From positions 1-25,271 of IMG/VR virus record IMGVR_UViG_3300045988_133315: a stretch of 25,271 nt of DNA; one strand, 5' to 3'. The number at the start of each line of letters is the position of its first letter. The first letter of the stretch is position 1. The notes under the pieces were generated by a model. That model saw only the letters and a program-made list of their open reading frames with translations, did no database searches and had not been told where the DNA came from. Below, one piece after another: positions 4,867 through 15,467 of this stretch. Position numbers and translations under genes: made by a program. This DNA comes from a virus.

Positions 4867-7662
4867 TTAACTAATAACAATTTTACAAGTATCTTCGTTA
4901 CCATATTTATCAGTAACTTTAACATAAGTTGTTCCAGGTTTCAAAGCAGTATATTTAGCATTTCCACTTGGTGTATATCCATATTCATTTGTTTTTTGTG
5001 TTGGCTGAATAAAGTTTTCATCATAAATGACTTTGCACGTTTTATCGCCAAAGCTTTTATCACTGTTAGGATAAATTAGAATAGTATCACCAACGTTGCA
5101 ATTTATCTCTTTTTGATTAAATACTAAATAAGGCTGTTTAATTTTATTTTTAGTTGACACTTTCACATAGTCCACATACATTTTCTGATCACTTGAACCA
5201 CTTGCATAATATCTCTCATCAATAGCAAAATTAATAATTAATTTCATTCTATTATATCCTTTAGAAAAAGGATTATAATTTTGATAATATAAATTTTCAT
5301 TAATGTTAAATTTAGCAACATTAATTCCATCCATATAAATATCAATATATTCATTTTCCCATTTCATTTTTACATTATGCCATGTACCGTCGTATAGTTT
5401 ATCAATATATACTGCATCCGATAATGGATAACCACCAGGTAAGTTAACGCATTTAGAAGTATGTTCATTGTTTTCGTTAGCATAATGAATAGTACTTTGT
5501 ACGGTAGCTTTTCTACTAATATCATTCATCCATATTTCAAAAATATCTATTTCACCATGATTTGGCCATGTTGTTTCAGACGAATCTGGTGTATATTTTT
5601 CGCCAACAAGCCAAAGAGCAGGCCAAGCACCACCATATAATCCGTCAAATTTAATTTTTGTTAAAATTTCACATCCATTGCTTAAAGTCAAATTATTAGC
5701 AGTATTAACACTTCCAGATGTCCATGAATATCCTCCTTCATAATTTTCTTTTTTCGCAGTTAAAATTAAACAACTATCCGATATAGATACATTTTCTTTT
5801 TTATAATATTGTTTTTCTATATCTTTATTTCTAACAACACCAACTTCTTTTACCCATACATTGCTCAACGTATCATTATTGAAATCATCATAAAATATAA
5901 CATTACCATCAATTTCATCCCCTTCTGAAATTAATTTGTTAGCTATCTTTTCTATGTAAGATTTATTTACTGATGATTCGCTTTTAAAAATTAATGTTTT
6001 GTTTATAAATTCTGTTAAAAAATTCATTCTTATATATGCACACTTTGGTGGTATTTTAAATGGAACATCGCCAATATAGTTTTTAGCGTTTAAATTATCT
6101 TTATCAGCTGTGATAAGGATATTACTCAATAAAGATAAATTTGAATCATAAAAAGATACAATTTTACTAAATCCGTTAGGGAGTGCATTAATTGCATTTT
6201 TTTCATCATCTGATAAATATGAATAGTAATATTCACCTTCATTAACTTTAATAAAATTTGTGGCAGATGTTTTAGAAGCATTATGTATTGAACCATCTAA
6301 ATAAATAACAGATGGGACTGCATCATATTTATTTATATTGCCATTCCAAACAACTTGATAATTTAATGTTCGCAAATATACTTCTTCATCACTAATTCTA
6401 TTCTCAACATCATAAATTCTTTTTTCTAATTTTTCACCAGACGTATAATAAAAATTAACATTTGTAGCGTTTATTGTAACGTTTGTTGATTTAGTTAGTA
6501 TTCTAAGACTAACAGTATCACCAATATCACAAATTTCATTCAATCTATTAGAATCAAATTCAATATTAATATTTCCTATCAATTCAATATCACTTTCAAT
6601 AGTTATCTCGCCACGTTTTCCTTTAACATTTAATAAAAACACATTATCATCAGTATTTTGTATTAATGCATTAAACGAGTATTTTCCATAATTAGAAAAA
6701 TGTGTAAATCGAATAAATACACCTTTATAATTTGTATCACTTCCATTATAGTTATAACTAAATAAATTATTATTTGAATCATAGCTAGATGTACCTATAA
6801 CATCAGTAGCAACAATGGTTTTAAATTTATGTACATTTCCAATATGATATAAAGGTATATCAAGTAATTCATTATTCAAGTCAACTAAGGCATCAGTCAG
6901 CTGTTCAACTTGGCCACGCATCGCATCACCAGTCGAAGCGTATTTAGTACCATCTGCACCGATACGTGCATCAATCAATTCTGCATCTCCGGTTGTGCTA
7001 CCATCTTTTAAGCTAGTAAATTCACTCATTCTAGTTTGTAATGCGGCAATCTTTGTGTTCTGTTTAGTAGTGATATGGCTTGTAGACGCTTCAATCTTTT
7101 CAATTTTGCTATCTTGAGCTGCCACTTTTTCATCCAATGTATTAATGAAATCTGTTGAATTCTTTAATTCATCCGCACATTCCTTTGCTGTAGTAGCACT
7201 TATTGTTGCTTCCGATGAAGCTTGAGTCAACTTTTCCATTAACGTTGCATAGTTATAGTTATTAATTAAATCTTGTGTTTGGTCAATCAAATCATCCAAC
7301 AAATCATAAGAAGATTGAATGTTTGGGTCTACCGGATATTCCCCACTATCTTTATATCCTTTTGATTCTTTAATATGCATCGCAAACACATTTGATAGCT
7401 TGATAATGCTATTATCGTTCAACTTGCTAATAAGTTGAGCAGATGCTATACCACTATGAGCTGTTAAAGGATACCCAATAATAAATCTATCATTTGTTAA
7501 TGGAACGCAATTTTCAATTCCATCAATTGTGTAGTAAATATACTTCTTATTTGTTCCTACATTCTTCATATTAATGAAATGGATACAAAGAGCGTTATGA
7601 TCTCCTTGTTGACCAATTTCAAACGATTTTTTCTTTTTTAAATCTATAGTTAATGTTTCCAT
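4867..7662 (-). CDS. Tail fibre / receptor-binding protein: BppU-N-like N-terminus, coiled coil, GH16 beta-glucanase-like domain, C-terminal Big_2-like Ig domain
   Basis: GH16 signatures GAWPALWLVG and WPNHGEIDIFE (ExDxxE, DNA about 5534-5556). The domain runs from roughly NVIFYDDFNND (about 5905) to KMYVDYVKVS (about 5155). GDAELIDARIGADGTKY is a fibre motif. Confidence 0.85.
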   Translation of the reverse strand: METLTIDLKKKKSFEIGQQGDHNALCIHFINMKNVGTNKKYIYYTIDGIENCVPLTNDRFIIGYPLTAHSGIASAQLISKLNDNSIIKLSNVFAMHIKESKGYKDSGEYPVDPNIQSSYDLLDDLIDQTQDLINNYNYATLMEKLTQASSEATISATTAKECADELKNSTDFINTLDEKVAAQDSKIEKIEASTSHITTKQNTKIAALQTRMSEFTSLKDGSTTGDAELIDARIGADGTKYASTGDAMRGQVEQLTDALVDLNNELLDIPLYHIGNVHKFKTIVATDVIGTSSYDSNNNLFSYNYNGSDTNYKGVFIRFTHFSNYGKYSFNALIQNTDDNVFLLNVKGKRGEITIESDIELIGNINIEFDSNRLNEICDIGDTVSLRILTKSTNVTINATNVNFYYTSGEKLEKRIYDVENRISDEEVYLRTLNYQVVWNGNINKYDAVPSVIYLDGSIHNASKTSATNFIKVNEGEYYYSYLSDDEKNAINALPNGFSKIVSFYDSNLSLLSNILITADKDNLNAKNYIGDVPFKIPPKCAYIRMNFLTEFINKTLIFKSESSVNKSYIEKIANKLISEGDEIDGNVIFYDDFNNDTLSNVWVKEVGVVRNKDIEKQYYKKENVSISDSCLILTAKKENYEGGYSWTSGSVNTANNLTLSNGCEILTKIKFDGLYGGAWPALWLVGEKYTPDSSETTWPNHGEIDIFEIWMNDISRKATVQSTIHYANENNEHTSKCVNLPGGYPLSDAVYIDKLYDGTWHNVKMKWENEYIDIYMDGINVAKFNINENLYYQNYNPFSKGYNRMKLIINFAIDERYYASGSSDQKMYVDYVKVSTKNKIKQPYLVFNQKEINCNVGDTILIYPNSDKSFGDKTCKVIYDENFIQPTQKTNEYGYTPSGNAKYTALKPGTTYVKVTDKYGNEDTCKIVIS

Positions 7663-7670
7663 GTTATCAC

Positions 7671-8705
7671 CTACTTAAATGTTTTGGCCGGAAGCCAATT
7701 ATTTCCATCAAAATAATACAATCTACAATATTTATATTTACCATTTACAAGTAGCATTGAATAACCACGATCCCACTCATAGCCATCAAACACCCACACT
7801 TCCATATAAGTAAATGTCGTATTGAATTTAAATTTAAATGCCACACTATCTCTATCAAGTGTATCCGTTGCATATACTTCCATTTGATATTCCGTATTCT
7901 TCGGTAAGTTTTCGTATGTAATACTTAATCCATTTACAGTTCTGTAATCTCCACTAGAACCCCACACCGTTTTAACAACGTGAGCATCATCTGTTGTCGA
8001 TACATTTATCGTTACATTATCGACTTTGTCAGATACTTGATTAATTTGAAATGATACACTTTTAATCGATATTTCTTTATAGTTTTCTAACGTTTTAGCC
8101 GTCAACTTCTCTTGATCTAACTTGCTACCACTCAAATCTGCCATAAAAGGCTCAACATAATATTCATATTCAGTGTTTTGAGTCAATCCAGTAATCTTGC
8201 TAGAACCATCCAATTTATTGAGAATGTATTTTTTGTTTGCTACATCATATACTCTTAACGCATATAGATTGTATGGATTTGATTTAAACCTACCATTCAC
8301 AACAATAGAGTTGATATCTATATTGGATACAGAAGCTTCAAATGTCGGTTTTGCTATCTCCGGAGTTTTAAGTATAGCCGTTCCTTCCAAATTTGGCCAT
8401 CCACTACATGAGCATGCCCATGTAAATTCTTTTTGTCTACTACAACCCATCGCTTCATTGATTTCGCCATTCAAACCAATCCACCCAGAATCATTCGTCC
8501 ACTTAGGATAACTCATATTTCCAGCCCAACTTAGACCGCCCATTTTGATTGTATTGTAAGCATATATTGAGAAATTACCGGTAAACTTGACACGTACATT
8601 CGCTTTGTATCTAAGCTTTGGATATTGCCCTTCATAGCGCTCATTATATACATCAAAATGAAGTGACATATATTCGTTATATTTTAAAACTGCAATCTCA
8701 GACAT
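7671..8705 (-). CDS. Baseplate/tail-tip structural protein with FN3-like repeats
   Basis: Position between the BppU-like protein and the fibre. Segments such as KITGLTQNTEYEYYVEPF and ITYENLPKNTEYQMEVYATD are typical FN3 F-G strands. Confidence 0.6.
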   Translation of the reverse strand: MSEIAVLKYNEYMSLHFDVYNERYEGQYPKLRYKANVRVKFTGNFSIYAYNTIKMGGLSWAGNMSYPKWTNDSGWIGLNGEINEAMGCSRQKEFTWACSCSGWPNLEGTAILKTPEIAKPTFEASVSNIDINSIVVNGRFKSNPYNLYALRVYDVANKKYILNKLDGSSKITGLTQNTEYEYYVEPFMADLSGSKLDQEKLTAKTLENYKEISIKSVSFQINQVSDKVDNVTINVSTTDDAHVVKTVWGSSGDYRTVNGLSITYENLPKNTEYQMEVYATDTLDRDSVAFKFKFNTTFTYMEVWVFDGYEWDRGYSMLLVNGKYKYCRLYYFDGNNWLPAKTFK

Positions 8706-8707
8706 AT

Positions 8708-9316
8708 CTAACTCTCTACTTTAATATAAATATCTCCGGCCTTGTCAGTATTTAAAACTGTGGGATCTGTCGTTCCACTACGAACATTTACCGTCAATTT
8801 CAATTGCTCTTGAAAGCGACTAATATATTCATTCAGTTCCGAAATCTTAGCATTGGCTGCATTAATTACTTCAATCGCATTTCTAAATTCTTGCGTAGAT
8901 TTTACATCGACTTGCATTGCGATATTATCAACAACATTAATATAAATATTAAACGTCGTTACATAAGTACTTCCAGACATTAATGAAATTTGTGCCTTAA
9001 CAATACCGGTTTCAGATAACATATTTGCAAATGCATCTGAACCATTAAATTTGACTTCATACGTATCTGTATTGTTGAATCTAATTACCTCATTTGCGCT
9101 TAAAGAAACCATTAATCCACTAGGTTTTTCCGCAAACAACATTGCTGATAAAGTATTATCAACGACTCCGGTTTCACTCGTTACGATATCATCCGTAATA
9201 AAGATATCTAAACCTCTACCATTATCCGCTTTAGGCATGTCAATTACCTGTATATCTGTTTGCTTAGTTAATGATACCGTTACACTTGTGTACACTTGTG
9301 CCATGTTATACCTCAC
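8708..9316 (-). CDS. Baseplate upper-protein-like structural protein (the probable start is ATG at 9304, after GAGG)
   Basis: Position directly after Tal. N-terminal Ig-like pattern and C-terminal coiled coil. No catalytic motifs seen. Confidence 0.55.
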   Translation of the reverse strand: MRYNMAQVYTSVTVSLTKQTDIQVIDMPKADNGRGLDIFITDDIVTSETGVVDNTLSAMLFAEKPSGLMVSLSANEVIRFNNTDTYEVKFNGSDAFANMLSETGIVKAQISLMSGSTYVTTFNIYINVVDNIAMQVDVKSTQEFRNAIEVINAANAKISELNEYISRFQEQLKLTVNVRSGTTDPTVLNTDKAGDIYIKVES

Positions 9317-10895
9317 TTTCTAATACAAGATCTAAATCTTCAGGTCGTTCCGTAATCAAGTTATAGGTCAATTTGTTTAAATAAAACCTTTCTCGTTTTC
9401 CAAAATCAGTCTCTACAAAAATTGAATCATTTATTTTTAACGCCTGTGCATTCGGCACATTGTATGGAAATAATTCTTCAAATTTAACAGACGTTTCCGT
9501 ATTGGGTTCTTGTAACTCTTTTTCTAAAGATTTTTTAGCTTGTATTCTAAGATAGTTTCTTAGGTTCACTTCATTTGTAAATACGCCCAGTGTTGTTTTC
9601 TTTGCTTGTGAATCATCCGCCATCAATTTGATATCGGAATATTCTTTTACATCAATTCTATGAATTTCATCTGTATCCCAATTACTAGCCTTGATAATCT
9701 CGTGATTTGGTAAAATGCGTCCATTGTACGCTTTAGGTATGATTCCTGTAACTACATTTTCCATTGATTTTTTCTGAGTATATTCTGACATTTCTTTATT
9801 ACTTATAAAGAAATCATTTGGCTTCAAATTGGAAGCATAATAATCTGGATTTCCAAAGTAGCAGTCATAATTGTTAAACATCGAAACATATCTGTTATTT
9901 TCACATTCAGGCCATCTGTTCATCATAGAATTTTCTTCTGTACCAAACAAGCATTGAATCAGATTATATCGAACCCAATATGCGGTTTGTGTAGAATCCA
10001 CATCTTCAATCATCCATTTACACGCATTACCAACTTCGGCGGCCCCTCTATCAGCAACAACAACTTTGTTTCCGTTTCCAATGCTTGTTGAACTAGAACA
10101 AATGCCATAATATATGTTTCCATACGGTGCGATTTCATAGTTAGAACCATTATTAATGAACCACCATTTCTCAGAATTATCTGATGGACTTTCAGATAGA
10201 CTTCCTAACACTACCTTTCCTGAATCCAATTTAAGCCATCTACATGAACATAAAGATAAAATTCCATATATATCTCCATATCTATCTGAGCCTACTTTTT
10301 TCAACATGAAAGTCTGTGCAGACGTTCTGTTTTTTTGATACATCTGTAATTGTATAGATGCATCTTCACTTGCGCTTGGAACATCCAAACAATACCCACT
10401 ATTCTGAACATTTCGGAAATAAACGATTTTTTCATCCTCTGCATTAACATTTTCATAATTTGCGTATTCCCCATGTCCATAAATTTTATAAGGATAATTG
10501 GGCCGTGAATTTGTAATAATCTCATTTGCGGTATTCACTGCATCTTGCCACGTACCACTCATAGTACGATCATCAAACACAAACACTTCTTTTTGAGAAT
10601 CAAAGAACACATGTGTTGCATAGCATGTATATGTATCGCTTTGTTTGTTGTATTTTGGATACACAATTCTATATAACTGAGGTTCTTCAAAATTTATATC
10701 CACTTTAAACACGGATTCATCACTGATTTCCATACCCATCAAATCACTTTTTGGAAATTCTATTTCTACGTACCAAACAGAATTTCTTTCAAATACTGCT
10801 TTAGCACTAACACAATGTTTTAAAATTACATCTCCATTACGTTCTTTCATTTGTGCATATGTTGTTTTTTTTCTAGAAAAGAATAAATGAATCAT
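9306..10895 (-). CDS. Tail-associated lysin/tail endopeptidase-family protein (Tal) with an inserted ricin-type beta-trefoil lectin domain
   Basis: Position after Dit. The insert (about 9996-10427) shows three trefoil-like subrepeats: GYCLDV...IQLQMYQKNRTSAQTFML, LKLDSGKVVLG...EKWWF, YGICSS...GNKVVVAD...CKWMIE. Confidence 0.75.
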   Translation of the reverse strand: MIHLFFSRKKTTYAQMKERNGDVILKHCVSAKAVFERNSVWYVEIEFPKSDLMGMEISDESVFKVDINFEEPQLYRIVYPKYNKQSDTYTCYATHVFFDSQKEVFVFDDRTMSGTWQDAVNTANEIITNSRPNYPYKIYGHGEYANYENVNAEDEKIVYFRNVQNSGYCLDVPSASEDASIQLQMYQKNRTSAQTFMLKKVGSDRYGDIYGILSLCSCRWLKLDSGKVVLGSLSESPSDNSEKWWFINNGSNYEIAPYGNIYYGICSSSTSIGNGNKVVVADRGAAEVGNACKWMIEDVDSTQTAYWVRYNLIQCLFGTEENSMMNRWPECENNRYVSMFNNYDCYFGNPDYYASNLKPNDFFISNKEMSEYTQKKSMENVVTGIIPKAYNGRILPNHEIIKASNWDTDEIHRIDVKEYSDIKLMADDSQAKKTTLGVFTNEVNLRNYLRIQAKKSLEKELQEPNTETSVKFEELFPYNVPNAQALKINDSIFVETDFGKRERFYLNKLTYNLITERPEDLDLVLESEV

Positions 10896-10897
10896 CT

Positions 10898-11695
10898 TTA
10901 TTTCTCCCTATAATTACGTATAATTTCTGCACGAATAGCACCAATATCTGTTGTGATCAATACATTATTTGAACCATAATTAAATTTAAGTCCGTCAAAA
11001 GATCCACTTGTTTTTAATGTGTCATATTTATACGTTCCATTTTTATAGTATGTTTTCATATAAGAATTTTCCGTATTGATTTCAACATACAAAATATCCG
11101 ATGTACCATTGAAAGGATTTGTAATCGTAAAATCGTTTCCATTACAATTAATCGTAATGTTTTTCGCATTCATGGAAGTGTTATATAAACGATAGATTGG
11201 ATATGCTGTTTCATAATAATTCGCAAGTTCTACCTTTTTTCCACTTACAATATCGTAAGGTCTTGAATACTTATTTACGTATCTGTAAGGTTCACAAATA
11301 AACGTGATTGTAAATTCACTTCCTCGTCCAAAGTCTCTTGAATCCATATCGAACGTTACATTTTTTACCTTCCAATAATGTTCTCTATCATCACTAGTTA
11401 ACTCCAATATTCCTTTATTTCCATTGAAATATTGTTGGATTTTATAGATACGATCTAGATATTCTTTCTTGCTATTTAAAACAAAGTTGCATTTAATAGG
11501 AATTTTGCGATCTTGATATACACCTGTATGACGATACGATGTAGTACCGTCACCAAGTGTAGATGTTTCTACAATTTCCTCTGCCATAGGAATAACAGGG
11601 CGCTCACTTACCTTTAATAAATACATAATATTTTGCGTATAACGCAGTTTATTTTCAGGTGTAAATCTAAAATGATACATTCTATGAACCTCCAT
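10898..11695 (-). CDS. Distal tail protein (Dit); the probable start is ATG at 11680, after GGAGG
   Basis: Canonical position immediately downstream of the tape measure gene. Size is about 260 aa. Confidence 0.8.
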   Translation of the reverse strand: MEVHRMYHFRFTPENKLRYTQNIMYLLKVSERPVIPMAEEIVETSTLGDGTTSYRHTGVYQDRKIPIKCNFVLNSKKEYLDRIYKIQQYFNGNKGILELTSDDREHYWKVKNVTFDMDSRDFGRGSEFTITFICEPYRYVNKYSRPYDIVSGKKVELANYYETAYPIYRLYNTSMNAKNITINCNGNDFTITNPFNGTSDILYVEINTENSYMKTYYKNGTYKYDTLKTSGSFDGLKFNYGSNNVLITTDIGAIRAEIIRNYREK

Positions 11696-14600
11696 TTCCC
11701 CATGATTTCAACATATCTCGAATTGATATAATTTCTTGTACAGTATCTGTAACAACATTTCCATCCAATTGCATAGGTTGTAGATTGATTGTTAGATCAC
11801 AATTTCCAATCGCATTAATCATTTGATCCAATCTATTTGTGATTGCACTCAAATTTATATTACCTACGCTTCCAACGCTTCGTGATGTAGTTCCACCCAT
11901 AATAGCTGTTGTAGCATTCGCAACAGATGCATACGGACTGATATCAGAATATGTAGCGATTGCATCTGCACTCATTGGCATAATATCCGTGTCAACAACA
12001 GGTTTATCCGCATTAAACAAAGATTGTGGGAAATATTTTTTATTGTTATCACCTTCAACAACTCTTGTCTTTTTTATAGTTGTATGTGTAACCGTGATAG
12101 GATGACTGTCTGCATAACTTTGAGCTTTATCAATATTTGATTTAATATCTGAATAAGCTTTAGCGGAGCTTGTAACCATGTTATCTAAAGACGGTTGCAA
12201 TGCTTTTTCCATTTTTCCACCCATTTTTCCAACGGCCGATGATGTTGTACCATCATTTGCAAATGCATCAGCAATTCCTTTAATGCCGTCTTGGGAATCT
12301 TTCAACATCTTATCACCGGCATCTTTCATATTTTTGTCAGTCAACGACATCATTTCTGCTACCGCTTCACCCACTGTTTCTTGACCACTTGCAACTTTTT
12401 CGGCGATTGTTGGTGGAATCTTTTGTCCTTCCATTCCGGCAGCTTGAACCGCCTGTGCCAATGTAATCAAACTATTCATTGCGTTAGTAGCTTCTGAAAT
12501 GCTTCCACAATTTGCCAGGATTCCATTTGCTACATTCAAAGGAATAGATCCACCAATCATACCAGCTTCGTCAACAAGTTGATTCATATTCATTAAAGTA
12601 GCCATATAGTTAGCTGCTTCTACCGCATTTGCAGTTCCATTAGTTATTCCTTCTTGAATACCAAGTGGAATTTGAATACCTGATTGCGCTGCCTGTGCTG
12701 CAATATCAGTCAACTGTGCCTTCATAGTCGTTCCCATCTGTTCAAACGACTGTGTTTCTAAGTAGTTAGATTGAAGAATGGATTGTGTCTGCGTTTCGTG
12801 CAATTTCGTATAAGAATCCGCTAAATCCGTACATAATGTATTAATTGATTCCTTCAATGCACTTGATTGATTCATATAATCTTGCATTGACATCTTACCG
12901 TTAGCATATTCTGCACTTAATTTTCTTAACGAGTCCGTTGTAGTATTTATACTTTCCGTAAGCTCTGCATTCTTTAATTCCGCTTTTAATTGAGCAGTGG
13001 CATTTTTCTTTGCGATACTTGCTAACGCTTCTTGTTTTGCTTCTTCTTGAATCTGAGTGATTCTTTCTTTGATTGCATCAATACTTTTATAGTGCGCATC
13101 CTCATTTAGATTTAACTTGCCAGTATTCGCATCAATCTCCACTCCCAAATCAGGATAAAGTTGATTTAACTCCCTAACCGCTTCTGCAAGCATAGTCTTT
13201 TGTGTAGCATTTAAAGATTCTTTTGCGTTAAGATCTTCAATTGTTTTCATCAAATGACTTGCGGTTTTGTTGTTTTGCGTATACTGAGTTACAATTTCAC
13301 CCATGCTTGTCTTAACTTTAGACATTGACTTTGCATACTTCTCATAACCATCAACAACTTTTAATGTAACTGCATAATCTGTATCTTTATATGCAAGCTC
13401 TTTATTTGCAGTTTCCATCGCTTCCTTGCGCGTTTTATCCGCCCAAACAACAGCACCTGCGAAAGCACCAAGTGCAACTGTAACAGCAGTGATTGCTGGA
13501 TGTGTTAGCACAAAACCTTTTGCCAAAGAAAGTACAGAAGTATTTGCTAATTTTCCTGCGCTTGCAGCATCTCCAAATCCATCCGCTACTTTTTCTAAGC
13601 TTGGATGGGCTTTAGTAAAGAACTTAACAGCGCTTTGCGTTGCACCAGCTACTTTACTTACACCTTTTGCGGTTGGATAAGCGGCTGCCGTCAACAATAA
13701 CATCTTTGCGATTGTCTGTTGCGTTCCTTCATCTAAATTAGAGAATGCGTTAGCTGCCTTTTTTACTATCTTTAATAGATCTGTTAATGTAGGTGCAAAT
13801 GCTTGACCTAATTCATCACCAGCTTGTTTAATTGCTTCCCATGTTTGAGATAACTGAGATTTCAATGTCGCATAACGCTTTTCTGCTTCGTTTGCCATTG
13901 CCGTATTGTCATTCCAGGCATTTTTAGAAACATTTAATGCACTAGCCAATACATCCGAACTTTGCGCCAAAGCACCCATTGCTTGTGCTTGTCGTACTTC
14001 CTTAATGCCTAATTCATCCAATGTTTTTGTAACATCCGCCGATTTTCCAATACCTTCTACAAACTTTAAGAATGTTCCCGCTTCATCTTCTCCCCAAGCC
14101 TTTTGGAATTGTTGAGAAGTCATGCCAGACACTTCTGCAAACTTCTGTAGTTTCTTATCTCCCGTAGAAACAGATAGATCAATTGTCTTCAACATTTTAG
14201 AAACAGAATTACCACCGGCAGCAGCTTCAATTCCTAATGAAGATAATGCGGTTGATAATCCTAATACTTGGTTAGAGTTAAAGCCTACCATCTTACCTGC
14301 AACACCTAATCGTGTTGCCATTGCCATGATATCTGCTTCAGTTGTTGAGAATTTATTTCCCAAGTCTACGATTGTAGAACCTAAACGAGAATAATATGTG
14401 TTTGTCTTTTTAGACTGCGAAACCATTACATTTGAGAACTTGGCAATACTTTGTGCTGCTTCTTCACCAACAAGATTTGTAGTATCACCCAATTCTGTAA
14501 TAGTTTTAGTAAATCCAACAATAGAATCTGTAGGGATACCCATTTGCCCTGCGAGTTCTGCATAATGTGCAATATCTTGATAGGTACTCGATGTAGTTTG

Positions 14601-15455
14601 TGCAAGATTTTTTAAGCCTGCATTGATTTTTTCAAACTGTTGAGGGGTTGCATTTACTGTTTTTGTAACACCAGTCCATGCATCCTCAAACTCAATAGCC
14701 GTCTTAGTAGCGGCTGCAATACCTGCAAAAGATAACATAGACAATGGTTTTACAGTGTTTGCAAACTGTTCTGATTTTGAGCTTACTTTTCCTAACGTAT
14801 CATACAGTCTTAACAATGTTTCATTCGTTGAAATGAATGATTTTGACATACCTGCCAATTCATTTTTAAGTCCTAAAGCACCTGCTTTTAAACCTAGATA
14901 TGTGCGTTGAGAATCTTCATATGTACTACCTAAATCAACCAATACCTTTTTTTGTTCGGCAATGCCTGAAGTACAATCATCCATTGCTTCTTTTAAAGTG
15001 ACATTTCGTGAAGCTAACCTTTGAATAGCATTTTCACCTTGTTCTGCCGAACGCGTACCGTTCGCAATTGCTTCTTTCCATGCACTTATTTGTTTGTTGT
15101 TGTCTGCATATTCTTTATTCAAAGAATTAAATGTATGATTGTAATTATCAATAGACTTAGTAGCAGAAGAAACCGCATCGGCCCACTGCTTCTGTGTCTT
15201 TGGATAATTCATCAGTTTCTTGTTATAGACTTCCAATTGCTTAGTTGTGCTTTTGATTTTATCTTGTAACAAGTTCTGATATGTCGCAAAGGACTGAAAA
15301 TCTCCTTCGTTGAATTTCATAGAAGATTTCAGTTTTGACATTGTTTTATCTAATCCTGCTGTTTCGGATTTTATTTTATTAATTGCTTTTTGAAAGCCTG
15401 TAGTATCTCCATCAATTTTTACGGAGATACCTCTTACTTGACTGTAACCTGACAA
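11682..15455 (-). CDS. Tail tape measure protein (1257 aa; TTG start after GGAGG)
   Basis: Very long Ala/Gly/Gln-rich helical protein. TP901-type core motif region (...ELGDTTNLVGEEAAQSIAKFSNVM...). Follows the G/G-T chaperone pair. Confidence 0.95.
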   Translation of the reverse strand: MSGYSQVRGISVKIDGDTTGFQKAINKIKSETAGLDKTMSKLKSSMKFNEGDFQSFATYQNLLQDKIKSTTKQLEVYNKKLMNYPKTQKQWADAVSSATKSIDNYNHTFNSLNKEYADNNKQISAWKEAIANGTRSAEQGENAIQRLASRNVTLKEAMDDCTSGIAEQKKVLVDLGSTYEDSQRTYLGLKAGALGLKNELAGMSKSFISTNETLLRLYDTLGKVSSKSEQFANTVKPLSMLSFAGIAAATKTAIEFEDAWTGVTKTVNATPQQFEKINAGLKNLAQTTSSTYQDIAHYAELAGQMGIPTDSIVGFTKTITELGDTTNLVGEEAAQSIAKFSNVMVSQSKKTNTYYSRLGSTIVDLGNKFSTTEADIMAMATRLGVAGKMVGFNSNQVLGLSTALSSLGIEAAAGGNSVSKMLKTIDLSVSTGDKKLQKFAEVSGMTSQQFQKAWGEDEAGTFLKFVEGIGKSADVTKTLDELGIKEVRQAQAMGALAQSSDVLASALNVSKNAWNDNTAMANEAEKRYATLKSQLSQTWEAIKQAGDELGQAFAPTLTDLLKIVKKAANAFSNLDEGTQQTIAKMLLLTAAAYPTAKGVSKVAGATQSAVKFFTKAHPSLEKVADGFGDAASAGKLANTSVLSLAKGFVLTHPAITAVTVALGAFAGAVVWADKTRKEAMETANKELAYKDTDYAVTLKVVDGYEKYAKSMSKVKTSMGEIVTQYTQNNKTASHLMKTIEDLNAKESLNATQKTMLAEAVRELNQLYPDLGVEIDANTGKLNLNEDAHYKSIDAIKERITQIQEEAKQEALASIAKKNATAQLKAELKNAELTESINTTTDSLRKLSAEYANGKMSMQDYMNQSSALKESINTLCTDLADSYTKLHETQTQSILQSNYLETQSFEQMGTTMKAQLTDIAAQAAQSGIQIPLGIQEGITNGTANAVEAANYMATLMNMNQLVDEAGMIGGSIPLNVANGILANCGSISEATNAMNSLITLAQAVQAAGMEGQKIPPTIAEKVASGQETVGEAVAEMMSLTDKNMKDAGDKMLKDSQDGIKGIADAFANDGTTSSAVGKMGGKMEKALQPSLDNMVTSSAKAYSDIKSNIDKAQSYADSHPITVTHTTIKKTRVVEGDNNKKYFPQSLFNADKPVVDTDIMPMSADAIATYSDISPYASVANATTAIMGGTTSRSVGSVGNINLSAITNRLDQMINAIGNCDLTINLQPMQLDGNVVTDTVQEIISIRDMLKSWGNGGS

Positions 15456-15467
15456 TTTTAGTACCTC

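Noticed and set aside
10301-10525. Same-strand nested ORFs (10301-10525 in Tal, 18396-18626 in the capsid gene, 22670-22867 in terL)
   Set aside because: They are out-of-frame ORFs fully contained in larger conserved genes, with no RBS and improbable compositions.
10865-10872. T8 run (A8 on the coding strand) near the 5' end of the Tal gene as another frameshift site
   Set aside because: It lies in codons 9-11 of the ORF, no extended alternative frame follows, and no biological rationale is apparent.
8197-14394. Numerous plus-strand ORFs of 60-104 aa in the track (e.g. 8197-8511, 9051-9323, 11839-12105, 12178-12497, 13426-13680, 13906-14115, 14122-14394; also 2892-3140, 3848-4087, 4421-4668, 4837-5079, 10156-10338, 15021-15269, 17010-17234, 17420-17614, 21430-21621, 22654-22973, 23212-23412)
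   Set aside because: All lie antisense inside long, well-supported minus-strand structural genes. They lack RBS motifs and have skewed Ser/Leu/Phe/Ile-rich compositions typical of antisense frames in AT-rich DNA.
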